A stretch of 63,949 nucleotides of DNA, the filler included, from Licmophora abbreviata (Eukaryota), in NCBI GenBank assembly GCA_900291995.1. It is 10 parts of 10 records of this genome, joined end to end, with 100 filler letters (N's around TTAATTAATTAA, not from the genome) between each part and the next. Parts side by side here need not be neighbours in the genome. Positions count along the whole stretch, not along the records: positions 23,503 to 30,188 come from OLMU01004043.1; positions 30,289 to 37,051 come from OLMU01004044.1; 8 more parts are not named here. One strand, 5' to 3'. The notes under the pieces were generated by a model. The model searched no databases, was not told where the DNA came from, and was given only the letters and a program-made list of their open reading frames with translations. Within the stretch, counting starts at the first letter, position 1, and the number at the start of each line of letters is the position of its first letter. Position numbers and translations under genes: made by a program. Shown piece by piece: positions 23,403 to 36,378 of this stretch.

Positions 23403-23819
23403 NNNNNNNNNNNNNNNNNNNNNNNNNNNNNNNNNNNNNNNNNNNNTTAATTAATTAANNNNNNNNNNNNNNNNNNNNNNNNNNNNNNNNNNNNNNNNNN
23501 NNAGAGAAGCGCACCGTGACAAACACTTCACTGAGAGCCTTGCCGGTCTTTACTTTCGTCGTTGTCTGGATTCTCTTGATTTACTGCACCATAAATCATC
23601 AATATCTTCATCATCTGTAAGGGAGTGTGAGAGCTCTAGTCTGAGATTGTGAAGAAAGAAGGAGAAAATCCTTTTTTGGGTCCTACTACGACTACGAGTA
23701 CTCAACTAATTTACTCCGTAGGTGCCAGCCATCACGTCCTAGCTACCAGGTACCGGTATAGGTATCTTGCAAGACAGCTGACGAGCGAAAGAAAGGATCC
23801 CGTCGTTTCTTGTATCACC

Positions 23820-26800
23820 ATGACTTCCTCTACTTCTGTAAACATCCAAGCGCTCCTGCGCAAGACAGAACACTACGACAAGGACGAACGCTACATGGCC
23901 ACGTCGGACCTCTGCGAAGTTTTGAAACGTCAAGCCGGTGAAAGCGCTGGCAACAGCAGTGCTACGTCCACTACTTCTCTACAGTCTTCCTTTCTGGACA
24001 GTTCTACAGAAAAGAGAATTTGCGGTGCCGTCTTGCGTTTGCTCCACGACAAGTCGCACGACGTCCAAGCCATCGCCGTCAAGACGCTCGGGGTCTTACT
24101 CACTACCGTGCAGGAGGAACACGTCTTGGAAATTGCCGATCGTCTCGCAGATCAAGTTTTGGATGTGGAAAAGAGTGAACTCCGAGACGTATACTCCATT
24201 GGACTCCGGACGCTCTGTACGACCGTGCCAATGGCAATGGGAGACAATGTCGCACAGCGATTGATCCATCGTTTGCTGGATGGCATCCGGGTCTCGGCAG
24301 AGGAAGAGATCGTACTCTGCTGTCTCGATGTCTTGACGGACGTTCTGGATCGCTTCGGTGCGACCAGTTTGGCCGTCACTCGTCAGCACGAAGCGATCTT
24401 GCAATTGCTGCAAATGCTCTTGGTCCAAAAGTCGTCTGCGCACGTGATTTGCAAACGCACAGGAACGACCCTGGGACGACTCAGCGTCGTCCTGTCGGAC
24501 CCACTCTTGGCACGCATGGTGGAAGCGCTCTTGAGTCTCATTCTCAGTGCCACTACTACTAGTACTGGATCGACTGACGGTGGTGGTGATACACGTGCAC
24601 TGATCCGTACCATGTGTATTGTAGCCAGTGCGGTGGGACATCGGCTTCAACAAACGCAGATTGATCGGATTGTGCCTCTCTTTTTACAATTTTGCATGCC
24701 TGAGGACGCTCGGACTGGAGATGACGATGATGATAGTGCAGACATGAAAATGATGGATGAAAGTCCAGAGGATGAGGCACAGTTGGCGCTCAAGAATGAA
24801 TTGCGAGACTCGTGTTTTACAGGATTTGAAGCCTTTGTGGCGCGATGTCCATCCAAAGTGGAACCTCATTTGGATGAAATCATTCCGGCGGCATTGGCCT
24901 ACATGAGCTATGATCCCAATTACTCGTATGGAACAGATGATGACGATGATGATGATGATGATGATGTGCAAGACGTGGAGGAAGGGGATGATGAGTATTC
25001 TGACGACGAGGAGGAGGATGAACTGGAGGAAGATGATGAGGAAGAGGAGGACGACGACGATGACGATAGTTGGAAGGTTCGTCGCAGTGCGATTCGGGCC
25101 TTGACGGCGGTAGTTGTGTCCAAAAAGCATGATCCTGCCATTCTTTGGACCAAGGCCTATGTGGTACGCAAGGGCACGACGATGACAGTTGCGAGTGCCT
25201 TGGTCGGTCGTTTCAAGGAACGCGAAGAGAATTGCCGTGTAGATGTAATTGACTCCTTCACGCGACTCTTGTCGGTGACTGTTCTGGCGGCCAAGGAGGG
25301 TGTTGTGTCGTTTGCGTCTCCTGACGCTATGGACACGGATGGTGTTGTTGACTTGCGAACTCAGTATGGGCCCTCGTTGATCAAGGCCTGTGAAAGGCTG
25401 CTGAGTATCAAGAAAGGTGGCGAGCGCTCCAAGTCGTCGGCACTGGCGTTGCTGTCGACCATGTGTTTGGCTCCTGGTGGCGTGGGAGGCCAGACCGAGA
25501 TCAGTTCGGTCTTCAAACACACGCAGTCGTTCTTGACCATGACAACGGGACACGAAGGCCATGGCTTTCATCATCGGGAGACGGCTAGCAAGTCCCTTAA
25601 ACTCGATGCGTTGAAGTTGGTGCGTATCATGTTGGCGTGCGACAATCATGACCCGGTCGACATCAAGACGGCGTTGCTGCAAACGACGACAACTCTCCTC
25701 TCGGACGTGTGTGCGTCGGTCCAAGAAAAGTGGTACAAGGTGATTGCCGAAGCGCTGCGCGTGCTGGCGGAGATCCCACCTGTCATATTGGCAGGGATCG
25801 CAGAGGATGACGACGATGACGCGACGATGAAGGAGGATATGGATCTTGTGGCATCACTACTGTACAATGCAATTGAGCCACTGTTGGCGGCTCACGACGT
25901 TGACCAAGAAATCAAGGAGTGTGCCCTGTCGGCATGTGCCACCCTGTTGTCGGGATTGCACGCCAATTTATCGTCGGAACAACAGAACCGCTTATTATCC
26001 CTCTTGCTAGACAGGCTCGGAAACGAAACAACTCGAATTGCCGCCATCAAGACTCTTCAGTCTATTGCGGCAACGTCGAGCACCGACAGTATGGACGACG
26101 AACACAAGATTGATTTATCTCTCATTTTGGGAGAAGCGACCTCCACCATGGCCTCTTTCTTGAAACAACAGAGTCGTGCGTTGAAGCAGAGTGCGTTGGA
26201 AGCGCTTGACATTGTCGTGCGGCACCATGGTTCCGAGGATTCTTCGTTGCAGGACGGTACACTTTTTTCGGATGTATTGGCGCAGGTCGCGGGCCTTATT
26301 GTTGACTCCGACCTGCACCTTAGTCATCTCAGCCTGTGAGTCGAATCGGGACTGCTGATTGGTTGGTCGGTCCTTCAAACTTGTTTGTGCCTAACAGTGC
26401 TCAATTTCTCCCTATTTGTTCCGTCAGGCGCGTCTCGATCTCGATTCTGCGGGTGTGCTCTGCTTGTGGGCCGGCTGTCGTCAAACATATCTTACCCCCG
26501 GCTCTTGTTCTTTCCACCTCGCCGCTGCTTCAAGATTTGGCGCTGGACTCCTTGCTTGCCCTCTTTGAAGAAATGGTTTCGAGCAACACGGTCGAGTTTT
26601 CAGAGCTTCTTGCAGCACTCCGCTCGCGCTGCGATTCGGACGAAAGAATTGGAAAGCACGCGATTGCCAGTGTGGCCAAGTGCATGGCAACCATCACGGC
26701 AGCCACATCCTCCGAGAAGCGCCAGCATGTTGTCATGGATACTTTGTCTGTATTGGAGAGTGCAAATGACATTGAGGATGACGCCGCGGCGAAACAGACT

Positions 26801-28108
26801 GTTCTCTTGCTGCGTCTATCGGGTGACCTCGGTAGGGTGGTAGATCTCAGTTCGATTGAAAACGTCGCGGATCGTCTCCAGGAAGTCTACCTTGGAAGTT
26901 TTGACGTTTCTTCGGAGGAAGTCAAACATGCTGCTGCATATGCATTGGGACGTGCTGCGTTCGGAGCCCAAAGAGTCTTCCTTCCTGCCATTGTGAATGC
27001 ACTCGAGACCAACAAGGAAAAGAAGCAGTATCTTCTCTTGTCGTCACTGCGCGAATTTATCCGATGCAACCTGCAGGTCGGGGGTGATTCCATTGCTACG
27101 AGCGTCCCGGTGATTCTTCCGCATCTGTTGAACCATTGCGCTGATATCGAAGAGGGCGTGCGGACAATGGTTGCGGAGTGCATGGGCTCGCTGGCCTGTC
27201 TTCAGCCGGCAGGGATGCTTCAGACTCTGCGAGACTTGGTAGTGGAGCATTCTGCGATTTCCGCCGTGGAGGGCCACGTAGCGGAAGGAGACGACGTTTC
27301 GAAGAAGAATGCGCTTGCATGCTGGACAGCTGCTACGTCAGTCAAACTAGCGATTGCTGGCAAGGCTTCTGCCCCGGACCTCGCGGCGTTCATGCCCGAG
27401 TACCTACAGCTGCTCCACCAGGAGGAGCTAGGTGTCCGAAATTCCGCTCTTCTCATGGTCTACTCTGCTGTTCATCATATGCCCCAGCTTGTTTCCGGAA
27501 CGATGAAGGAGCTTATTCTGCCATCCCTATATGAGGTACGAGTATCTGGACAGAGTCGATGTCACCAGTTGGGTCTGTTTTTTTTTCTGTGCTCACCATC
27601 CCTGCTCAAACTTGCGTAGGTCTCGGAACTAAAGTTGGAGCGCAAGGTAGATCTCGGCCCGTTCACCCACACTGTCGACGACGCTCTTCCGTTGCGAAAG
27701 TCGGCGCTTAGCATATTTGCTACCTGTCTTGAGAATCTCCCAGGAAGCTTGGACATAGCTGCCTTCATGTCCGTCCTCGCTGGAGCTCTTGCCGACAAGG
27801 AGGACGTTCAGCTACAAGCCCATCAGATTGTTGTTTCCATGTGCGTGCATCAGCCGACGTACCTCGTGGCCGCGGTCGAGTCGTTCGTCGAGCCTCTGGA
27901 AAAGACGGTTCACAAGAAGACGAGCCAAAAGACGGGAACGGAGCTTGAGCGCGCGAACGAATGGATCAAGAGCGCTCTGCGGGCGACGATTGCGTTGAGT
28001 CACCTGGATGGCATCATGAGCTCCCGCAAGTTTGGCGACTTTGTGGAACGTATCAAGACCAATGCAAAGTTTCGAAGCATGTTGGAAGCGCTCGAGGACG
28101 AACGATAA
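23820..28108 (+). CDS. CAND1: Cullin-associated NEDD8-dissociated protein 1; introns 26336-26427 and 27536-27619
   Basis: DKDERYMATSDL, YDPNY + acidic loop + DDSWKVRR, RFKEREENCR, DVDQEIKE, and TIP120 motif RKVDLGPFTHTVDDALPLRK. Confidence 0.96.
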
Positions 28109-28219
28109 ATAATGGACGACGAAAGTAGGGGACCACAAACACTTTAGAAATCACGTCATGCTCTTCTACCCGATAGTGTCTCCACCAAGCATTTATACTG
28201 TTTGCATCTCGACGCCACG

Positions 28220-30109
28220 TCAATGATAGAGATCGGACACTTCGCTCTTGACCACGCCGCCCTCCAGCTTGTGCACAAATTGTTCTGGAATCGGCAGTTC
28301 CTTTTGTTCGTCCCCATCCGGAAAGCTCACTGTGTTGGTACGAACGTACGTTAGAACGAGGCACCATCGCAATCTAATGCGCCATCAGTCCACAACTCGA
28401 CCATCTTCAACAACAAAACTCACCATTCATTTCGGTGCTTTGACAGGTCGTAAAGGCCGTCACAGCCATTGATTCTTTGCTCAAATACACCAGACACCCT
28501 TCCGTCTTGTCAATACTAAAGGATGGACAAATTCCCAACGTTTGCACTTGAATCCGTTTGCAGTTGACCATTTCGCATGCTGAAATGACATTACGAAAGA
28601 CGACATTGCACTTGGTACACTTGTCCAAAATGACCGATTTCAATTTGACTCCCTCAATCTGAACCGTCACATTCTCACAGTTGAACATGTACACTTGCTG
28701 TTTTGGATCCGTAACTTCCACTTTCAATACCGTGCCGCCACAACTTTCCTTCGTTTGATGTTCCACGACCCACTTGTGCCCTCGTTCTTGATATTCGCAA
28801 ATGGGCAGTCCCGTCAATTTCTTCTTGTGCACTGGCTGGGATTGTGGTTGCGGCTCACCCGACTTTTCCTTGACTTGCACATCAACGGAACTCTTCTTTT
28901 CGCCCTTGTACTCCTTGCGCCACGTTTGCTGATCACGATTGACCTGAGAGCAGCAATAATGAAAACGTGAGTCAGTCCCATTGTCATTGTAGAATCACAT
29001 GTATTTGAACTTGTGTACTTCTTACATGCTTCAACCCCGTCGCTGCAGAACTCCCATCGGCCGTTCGTTTCTTGGACAGTTCCGTCATGAGATTCGTCAT
29101 GCCACCCGTTCCACCCGATACAACATTCAAATACTTGCGACGTGGCGACACGGGACTCGATATCATCCTACCATCCTCAGCAGGTGCCGGCGGTGTCTCA
29201 CTCATGGTAATGGCCGCTTCGGCCAAACTGACGCCTCGTGGGTTCCAAGTAAGACCCGTCTTGTGGTACTCGGTAATGTAGTCCAGCAGAGCCTTGAGAC
29301 AGTCCTTCAAGGCATTGCAAAATGCAATGTGCTGTGGACTGTCCGCTTGGGTGTTCGCTTTGTACTCCTTCCGAATCTTGTTACTCCAATACTCCGTAGA
29401 GGCCACAGCTTCCTTGACAAAGGCGGCAGGCGTTTGGGGCGGTGGTACAATGAGGATCCAGGAGAGACACGTGAGTGATTCTACAATGGCCTTGCAGTGA
29501 TGATCCAAAGTCCGATGCAATCGTAACGAACGAATCGCAGCAATGTGCGTTTGAGTAGGTCCCAGATGGGCTTGCAGCTCTGTCGCTAGTGCAGTAGTAG
29601 GCTTCTTGGAGCGACTGGCCAAAGTGAGAATGGTTCGAATGGACGTCCACGCGTCAATCAATAAGGCTCCCATATTCTTGGTATCATGGGGCAAGGCATC
29701 GCAGGCGGCAGCGAGGGGCTTGACATGCGACTCCAACAGTGCGTTGTAGGCGTTGAGACTGGCAGACTTCGTGTCGGCTACTGCGGTGGGTAAGAGAGAG
29801 TCCAAACATAATGGAAACAGTGAGAGCCGGTGTGGACTAAATTACGGTACTGTATACCACCAGGATCCAACAGTCTCACTTCGTTCCGCAGTATAATTAT
29901 AATTCTAAATAGAACTCACCCAATACTGGAATGGAGGGAAGCACCGCCGTGGGAGTGGTCGCTCGAGCACTGCCATTACTACTGGTAGTAGTAGTAGTAC
30001 TAGTACTAGTAGCAGAGCTGACAAGGCCAGTCTTGGTCTCGAGGACTTCCAAGCGTGCCAAGACGGAGTCTAGTAGATCTTGCAGAGGCTCGGTGCTCTT
30101 GCGAGACAT
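28220..30109 (-). CDS. CAP: Adenylyl cyclase-associated protein (CAP/Srv2), multi-exon
   Basis: N-terminal RLE motif (VLARLEVLE), helical domain (YWSNKIRKEYK, YHKTGLTWN), WH2 (ATGLKHV), CARP domain (SIDKTEGCLVYLS, TEMN) and last exon ELPIPEQFVHKL...SDLYH*. Confidence 0.92.
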
Positions 30110-30572
30110 TTTGGTAACAAGAAGAGAAGAGAGACAGCAAAGTCTAATGATCGAGAGACACTTTGCAATTCGGTCGTCGTCTTGTGTANNNNNNNNNNNN
30201 NNNNNNNNNNNNNNNNNNNNNNNNNNNNNNNNTTAATTAATTAANNNNNNNNNNNNNNNNNNNNNNNNNNNNNNNNNNNNNNNNNNNNAAAAAAGCTGTG
30301 TTCCCACGACGATGGTCTGCTCTCGTCGGCTCCGATGACCCTCCGATTGGCCGGCCGGCGCGAGCTGGACCGTCCGTCTAGTTGCGAGCTCTATCCACGA
30401 GCTCGTATGATACGATCCTTTCACGACGCGCGCACAACGAAAGAACAAAGAACTCGCGCGGGTCATGCATGTTCACACTGTTGACATTCATGTCACGCAC
30501 CACAAAAAGACACAACATAACACATCTGTCTCCTTCCTTGTTTTGCCTTGTTCACCCATTCCTCCTCGTTTC

Positions 30573-32243
30573 ATGTCCACTCGCGTTGCCGAACAAGTCA
30601 CTCGACACGTTCGGTGGCACAAGAGTACTCCAGACGATCCGTTGATCAAGTACAAGCTTCTCAAGTACGGAGAGGCGGACTTTCTGAATGGCCAGCTGAT
30701 TGTGTCGGCAGCCTGTGCTTCCTTTGTGCTGAAGGGGGAAGACAAGCATGTTCTGGTCTATGATGAAGCGGGGCTGGGTGAGTTTGAAGTAAACCTCAAG
30801 GGACGGGTGGAAGGGGAACCTTAGTTTCGTTTTCTAGCCTGAATTTTGTACTGAGTTTTGGATTTTGGGAGGTCTTTCGAAATGGCTCTTGAGTGGCTAC
30901 ATGCTGCTGCTGTAGCTTTGTTGTGTCTACTCACACACTACTCACATACTACTACTACTACTATCTTCAGAGGACTGTCAAAGAGAAAACGATCCCAATG
31001 TTCCCTTGCTATTAGCCTTTGCAGGAGTCTTTGACGGCCACGGCGGTCACTTGGCCAGTTCCTACTGTGCCACCGGCATGCTACCACATGTACTCTCGGA
31101 AACGGCAGCATGCATCCAAAAGCATGCTTCCAAAACACCCCATGATCCAACAACAGCAAAAGACAACACTGCTCATAAAGCCCGAGACTTGCAATCCTCC
31201 TCTCGACAACTACGCCTTTCCTCCCTTCGCTATCATTCCAGCGAGTCACTTCGTGCCCTGGATGGCTCGTGTCATTATGATTCACCCCTCGAATGTGGTT
31301 TTGTCAATGCTTTTCATCGTGCGCATCGGAGGTTTGGTGATGGAAGTGATCCGCCCATGTTGGAGGATGTCATCAAGGGTAAGCAGTATACTCGAACTCA
31401 ACAACAACAACGGCACAAGGGATTGGTGGGGAAGTTCCTTCGTCGTGCAGTGCATCATCCGAACACGCGTCATCCGAAAGGAGGAACGACAGCATGTACT
31501 CTGGCCATTGTAAGTAGTGTGTAGGAGTGTGTGTTATAAGTGCGCGCAGTGTTTGTCTTTGTCTCTCTCATGATCAGTGTTATTTCAAAATCATCTCCCA
31601 GTACGCCGAGCGCTCCAAATTGGGAGATGCCTATCGTCCCATGCCCTACGCCCTCGTTGCCAATTGCGGCGACTCTCGTTTGATCACCGACGACGGTACA
31701 GGCGGGAGTTCCTACCGTCAAGTCAGCATCGACCACCGTCCCGTGGAACCCAGCGAACGCCTTCGATTGAAGGATGCCAAGCAAATTACCGATATTAGCG
31801 TCCGAGAGGATCCCGGAGAAGAACCGCATCCGATCCCTCGCTTGTTTCCGGGAGGACTCGCCGTGTCGAGGACGATTGGGGATTGCAACCTCACCAAGGC
31901 GGCGATTCCCACCCCCGACATGTTCCGTGTGCCGTTGCACGTGTCCAAGGAAGAAACGGCTGCAAAACATGAAACGCATCAACGATTCATCATGGGGACC
32001 GATGGACTCTTTGATGTCTTGACGAATGAGGAGATTGGCAAGTTGGCAGCACGAGTGCAGGAAACGGATGATAATGGAGCGGTGGAGTCAGATGATCCGG
32101 TAATTTTGTCCACTCGAGATGCGACGGTCAATATCATGGATCACTGTTTGAGGTATGCCAGGAACTTTGATGACATTAATCTACTCGTCGTGGATGTTGT
32201 GTGCTATGGTGAGGACGCGTTGCATCATGGTCGTCATCGTTGA
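30573..32243 (+). CDS. PP2C/PPM-type Ser/Thr protein phosphatase (3 exons; start tentative)
   Basis: GED, GVFDGHGG, GGTTAC, VANCGDSR, DHRP, GLAVSRTIGD, GTDGLFDV and DDI motifs. Introns 30778-30970 and ~31510-31601. Confidence 0.88.
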
Positions 32244-32400
32244 AAGAGAGAAAGTACTAGAAATTGCTATATAAGTGTGAGAATGAATGAGCAGCGGTCC
32301 CATATGACATTTGATTTTAACTCGTAGACGTTTTGTGTGTTATCGGCATTTTGGTATCATACCCGTACGCTTCTTCTTGTTACTTTTGTTATCTCTCTCT

Positions 32401-33237
32401 TTATCCGTAGCATCGAATCGTGTCAGTGGCTCCCTTTTCCGCCGACTGTGGCATCCCAAGGCGTCCTCCTTTTTCCAAATATTGTTGATGATACTTTTCG
32501 GCCGGCCAAAAGGGTGTTGCTGCCTTGAGTTCCGACGCAATAGCTTTCTTCGCATACTTGGTCTGCTGCTCCTTTTCAAACCTCGCACGAGCAGCCTCTT
32601 CTTGTTCCGGCGTAAGAAAATACACACCCGTTCGGTACTGCTTGCCAAAGTCATTGCCCTGTCCATTGACAGTAGTAGGGTCGACACGATCAAAGAAAGT
32701 ATCCAGCAAATCTTCATAGGCGCATTCCTTTGGATCATAATAGACCATGACTGCTTCCGTGTGCCCCGTCGCCCCGGAACAGACTTGATTGTAGGTCGGG
32801 TTGGCTTCCGGCCCCTGCGCGTATCCCACGGCCGTGTACAGGACTCCGGGTACGCGCTGGTAGGCCAATTCGAGTCCCCAAAAGCAGCCGCCGGCAAAGG
32901 TGGCGAGCGCCAGATTCGGATCGCGGGGAGAGACGGTCAAGACTTGATCTTGGGATGCCGCAGCGCCGAGTTCGTTGCCGGGAAAGTCGAGTGCCGTGTA
33001 GTCAATCGATCTACTAGTGGAGGAGTCGTCGAGGGAGCCAAAGAGGCGATCGAAAATCATGGGGAGAGCAGTCGTGGAAGTACTACCAGTAGTGCTGCGA
33101 AGCGAGTTTCCAGTCGTTGCGAGTCGACTGCTTGTCTTTGTTACAAAGGCAGACCGCGACGTGGAGGTAGTAAAGGCCGAGACAGTCGTAGTGGTTGCCG
33201 CCAGCAAGGCGGAGAGAGCAGATCGGGGAATTTTCAT
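32401..33237 (-). CDS. msrA: Peptide methionine sulfoxide reductase A, plastid-targeted
   Basis: FAGGCFWGLE, GHTEAV, QGNDFG.QYR, AE.YHQQYL, IRCYG. Signal + VSA|FT plastid presequence. Confidence 0.96.
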   Translation of the reverse strand: MKIPRSALSALLAATTTTVSAFTTSTSRSAFVTKTSSRLATTGNSLRSTTGSTSTTALPMIFDRLFGSLDDSSTSRSIDYTALDFPGNELGAAASQDQVLTVSPRDPNLALATFAGGCFWGLELAYQRVPGVLYTAVGYAQGPEANPTYNQVCSGATGHTEAVMVYYDPKECAYEDLLDTFFDRVDPTTVNGQGNDFGKQYRTGVYFLTPEQEEAARARFEKEQQTKYAKKAIASELKAATPFWPAEKYHQQYLEKGGRLGMPQSAEKGATDTIRCYG

Positions 33238-33437
33238 GCTTAAGCTGTTTTCTCTGTTCTTGAAATGAAAGCTCGACAGTATTTATGGCAAGTGGATACT
33301 GCAACACTCTCAGTAGACCTAGTTCTGACTATGTCGTGTGGCACAGAGTCGTCGCCGTCGTATTCGTCATCTCCAAGACTTCGAAAGATACTTTGTTGCA
33401 GCGTCGGGAACACGTCATTCCGTCATGCCATGTTTGG

Positions 33438-33528
33438 GCGGGAAACTGATGTGATCGAGCTCGTACTGATCGAGCTCGTACTCAAAATAGAGCTCGTGCT
33501 AGTCGAGCTCCTCATCATGCGAGAGCTC
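33438..33528. promoter_or_regulatory. Divergent msrA/MUS81 promoter with E2F-like site and tandem GAGCTC palindromic repeats
   Basis: GCGGGAAA (reverse complement TTTCCCGC) at 33438. TGATCGAGCTCGTAC x2 from 33452, and five GAGCTC within about 75 nt. Confidence 0.35.
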
Positions 33529-33595
33529 TGTCATTGTGCGGCAAACAAAAAAATCAATCTGCAGGAAAATCTCAAAAACAAACTGGGCATGCACC

Positions 33596-35863
33596 ATGGC
33601 AGGGCCTCCTCCAGGCCGCAAGAAGGCCAAACACGCCGCGAATCAGGCAGGATTGGACCGTTTAAGTGATCTGTATCAAACGACACTGTCCCAGTCGTCT
33701 AATTCGAAGTATGTGTACACGATCAAGCGAGCCATGGAGTCACTTCAAAAGTGCGAAACGGCCATTGTGACACGAAAGCAAGCGACCGATCTCAAGTATG
33801 TCGGGCCCAAACTGGCGCAAAGCATCTGTCCGAACGATCCAGCGAGTGCGATTAACAATGAAAGGAAAGGATCAAGTAGCAAAGGAAACACTACTTCTCA
33901 AACGCGACAACGACGGCCTCTTCCGACCGTGTCCTTGACTGCCGCCGCTGCTTCTTTGGACAACAACAGCAAGAAGTCCCATCCGACTTCCGCCAAGGAA
34001 CAAGCCTACCTTGCAGCATATCAACATTCCAGAACACTGCAGCTTCCACAAGATGCTTCTTGGAAAGTCATTTTGCTCTTGGACAACCGCGAACGCAAGG
34101 CCGAACACGTCCAAGCCAAACTCCGCATGAGCGGCGTTCCCTGTGAGCAGCGGGTGCTGCCCATTGGCGACATGGCGTGGATGGCGCAGAGCTGTACGAA
34201 CGATGGAGACACGATTGAACTCATGTTGGGAACCATTGTAGAACGCAAGCAAGTGGATGATCTGGCAGGTAGTTTGTTTGGAACGCGATATTTGGAGCAG
34301 CGACTGCGTCTGGTGCATTGTGGATTGCCTCAATTGCTCTTGTTGGTCGAGGGCGACACCCATTCCGTGCACAACTGTCCGTCCGAAACACTTCACATGG
34401 CCATGATGGAAACACGAGTGCATTTGAACTTTCAAGTCGTTCAGACACCGCATCTGGACGGGACGGTCCGATTTCTGAAAAATGTACATCGACGCATCCT
34501 GCAGCGCGCATTTCCCTCGGCGTTTTCGAGCGATTCGGTCGGGGTCCCGACCTTTGCATCGCCCACGGCACGGCCGCGATTGAAGAAGCGACGCAAGAAA
34601 CAATCGCTCTCCGATTTGACCTTTGACACGCCGCCGCTCCCTCCGGACTCGTCCTCCAACTTCATTACCTACCGAGAACTCAAGGCCAAGGTCGAGTGGG
34701 ATCGCGAACGGGGTACTCGTACGGTTGGTGCGATGCACTTGGCCATGCTGAAGCAGGTTCCGTCACTTTCTCACAAGAAGGTACAAGCTCTCGGACAGGC
34801 CTTTCATACCCCTCGTGCGTTGCTTGAGGCCTACGAGTTTCTCAACGAAAAGGACGGGACGTCGTTGGTGCAAGACTTAATCATCAATACGCAGACATCA
34901 CGAGAGAGTCGCATGGGACCCAAGAGCTCGGCAGAACTGTATCATTGCATGACGCAGGGTGGGAGTACTGGTGTCAGCCGTAGTAGCAACAGTTGTAATG
35001 CCAGTGCTGCCGCGGCGAGTGCGGAAAAGGAAGAGGACAAGAAGATGCCAGCTGTCGACGCGATAAACGAGGACAGCTCTGGTCAGAGCTATGAGAGTGC
35101 GGTTGGAGTAGGGGTGGCTTCTTCTCGGTCATCATCACTGCCATTGAAGACTACGTCCGAATATGCCTCAGTTCCTGTCGCGAATCACGAGTTTGCACTT
35201 TCGTCGCAAGAGTCGACGGTCGATGAACAGATTGCCAGAGATGCGGCTTTTGCAGCGTCTCTCGCCGCTGCCGATGGTGACTTGGACTCGCCATGCTCTT
35301 CCTCAATAAACACTCCCATCACTGCTGTTGGGACATCTACGGCTGGGGCTACTGATAGGAACGAGAGCAGCAGTGATGATGATTTCGAATCGATAACAAT
35401 GATGATGGCAGATAGAAAGAAGGCTGCGCCGGCAGCACGAGCTTCGCTCAACACGACGGCTTCTTCACCATGGATGGAATTCTCCCCCGACTCTCCCGAC
35501 TCTTTTCCCCGCCGCTCCTTTAGTCCCCGATCGCCTCTGGATGAACGACAGCTGTGGAAGAGTTCCACTACTTCAAAGCAGCAGCAGATGTCGTCGTCGC
35601 TAGTGGACTTGTCGTCGTCCGAGGAGAAGAAGAGGAAACAATGGGATCTGGATGGTTCTAGTCATCGAACAACGAATCCGTCGACGCTCTCGTCCCTACA
35701 GAACGAGGATCATACCGGTATGGTCGATTTATCGCAGGAAAGTATCCAAGAGCAGTATTCACTGTGGGAACGATGTCAGCAATTGAAGGAGCGAGCTGTC
35801 CCATTGTCCAGCGCGTCATCGCCATCACCACTGCCTCAACACGAGGTAATTGAAATTGAATAA
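33596..35863 (+). CDS. MUS81: Crossover junction endonuclease MUS81
   Basis: N-terminal HhH (LKYVGPKLA), ERCC4 domain (LLLDNRE, LPIGDMAW, VERKQVDDLAGS...RYLEQRLRL, LLVEGD), C-terminal HhH (MLKQVP) and a long Ser-rich tail. Confidence 0.92.
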   Translation: MAGPPPGRKKAKHAANQAGLDRLSDLYQTTLSQSSNSKYVYTIKRAMESLQKCETAIVTRKQATDLKYVGPKLAQSICPNDPASAINNERKGSSSKGNTTSQTRQRRPLPTVSLTAAAASLDNNSKKSHPTSAKEQAYLAAYQHSRTLQLPQDASWKVILLLDNRERKAEHVQAKLRMSGVPCEQRVLPIGDMAWMAQSCTNDGDTIELMLGTIVERKQVDDLAGSLFGTRYLEQRLRLVHCGLPQLLLLVEGDTHSVHNCPSETLHMAMMETRVHLNFQVVQTPHLDGTVRFLKNVHRRILQRAFPSAFSSDSVGVPTFASPTARPRLKKRRKKQSLSDLTFDTPPLPPDSSSNFITYRELKAKVEWDRERGTRTVGAMHLAMLKQVPSLSHKKVQALGQAFHTPRALLEAYEFLNEKDGTSLVQDLIINTQTSRESRMGPKSSAELYHCMTQGGSTGVSRSSNSCNASAAAASAEKEEDKKMPAVDAINEDSSGQSYESAVGVGVASSRSSSLPLKTTSEYASVPVANHEFALSSQESTVDEQIARDAAFAASLAAADGDLDSPCSSSINTPITAVGTSTAGATDRNESSSDDDFESITMMMADRKKAAPAARASLNTTASSPWMEFSPDSPDSFPRRSFSPRSPLDERQLWKSSTTSKQQQMSSSLVDLSSSEEKKRKQWDLDGSSHRTTNPSTLSSLQNEDHTGMVDLSQESIQEQYSLWERCQQLKERAVPLSSASSPSPLPQHEVIEIE

Positions 35864-35926
35864 CTCTATTGACGCGATGCTGCGTTCGCCTTCAAGCTCC
35901 AGAGCACTCCTTTATAAAGTTTATTA

Positions 35927-36378
35927 TCATGATTCGCTCTTTACATGTGGATTCTGCAGTACTACCAGTAGATATCCATGATCCGGTGCCACTAGGATTT
36001 CCCGTTGCTGTGATCGAATGGTGACAAACGACAGCGTGTCTTTCTGTTTGCCGTCATCGTTGGCACTGCTGATGTTCTCGTCCACTGACGGCTGCACTGA
36101 CAGCCCTGACGTTTCCTCTTCCGTTGCCCCCTCGACGGGGAACAAGAGTTGTGCCTGCTTTGTAATGTTCGCTACAATCTGCGCATGTCTCGTGCATTCA
36201 GCTTCGGGCCACGTGGAGTGCACAATTTTGAGTTCCGTGGTGCTATTGTGCAAAATCATGACGCCCAATACTCCTTGTGAGAAGAAATACGTGCCAAGGT
36301 GTCTTGAACTTCAGGAATAAGGACGGAATCGACATTCGTGGCATTGAAAACAGCATCCGCAGCCATGGCAGAAGACAT
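35927..36378 (-). CDS. Dynein light chain Roadblock/LC7 family; apparent -1 frameshift near 36273
   Basis: EVQDTLARISSHK[G]VLGVMI ... IRSQQREILVAPDHGYLLVVLQNP. One missing G in AAGGAG restores the HKGV motif. Confidence 0.8.

Noticed and set aside
24684..25724. Long antisense ORFs (e.g. 346 aa opposite CAND1, 310 aa opposite msrA, 288 aa opposite MUS81)
   Set aside because: Shadows of real genes caused by codon bias; no recognisable domains.
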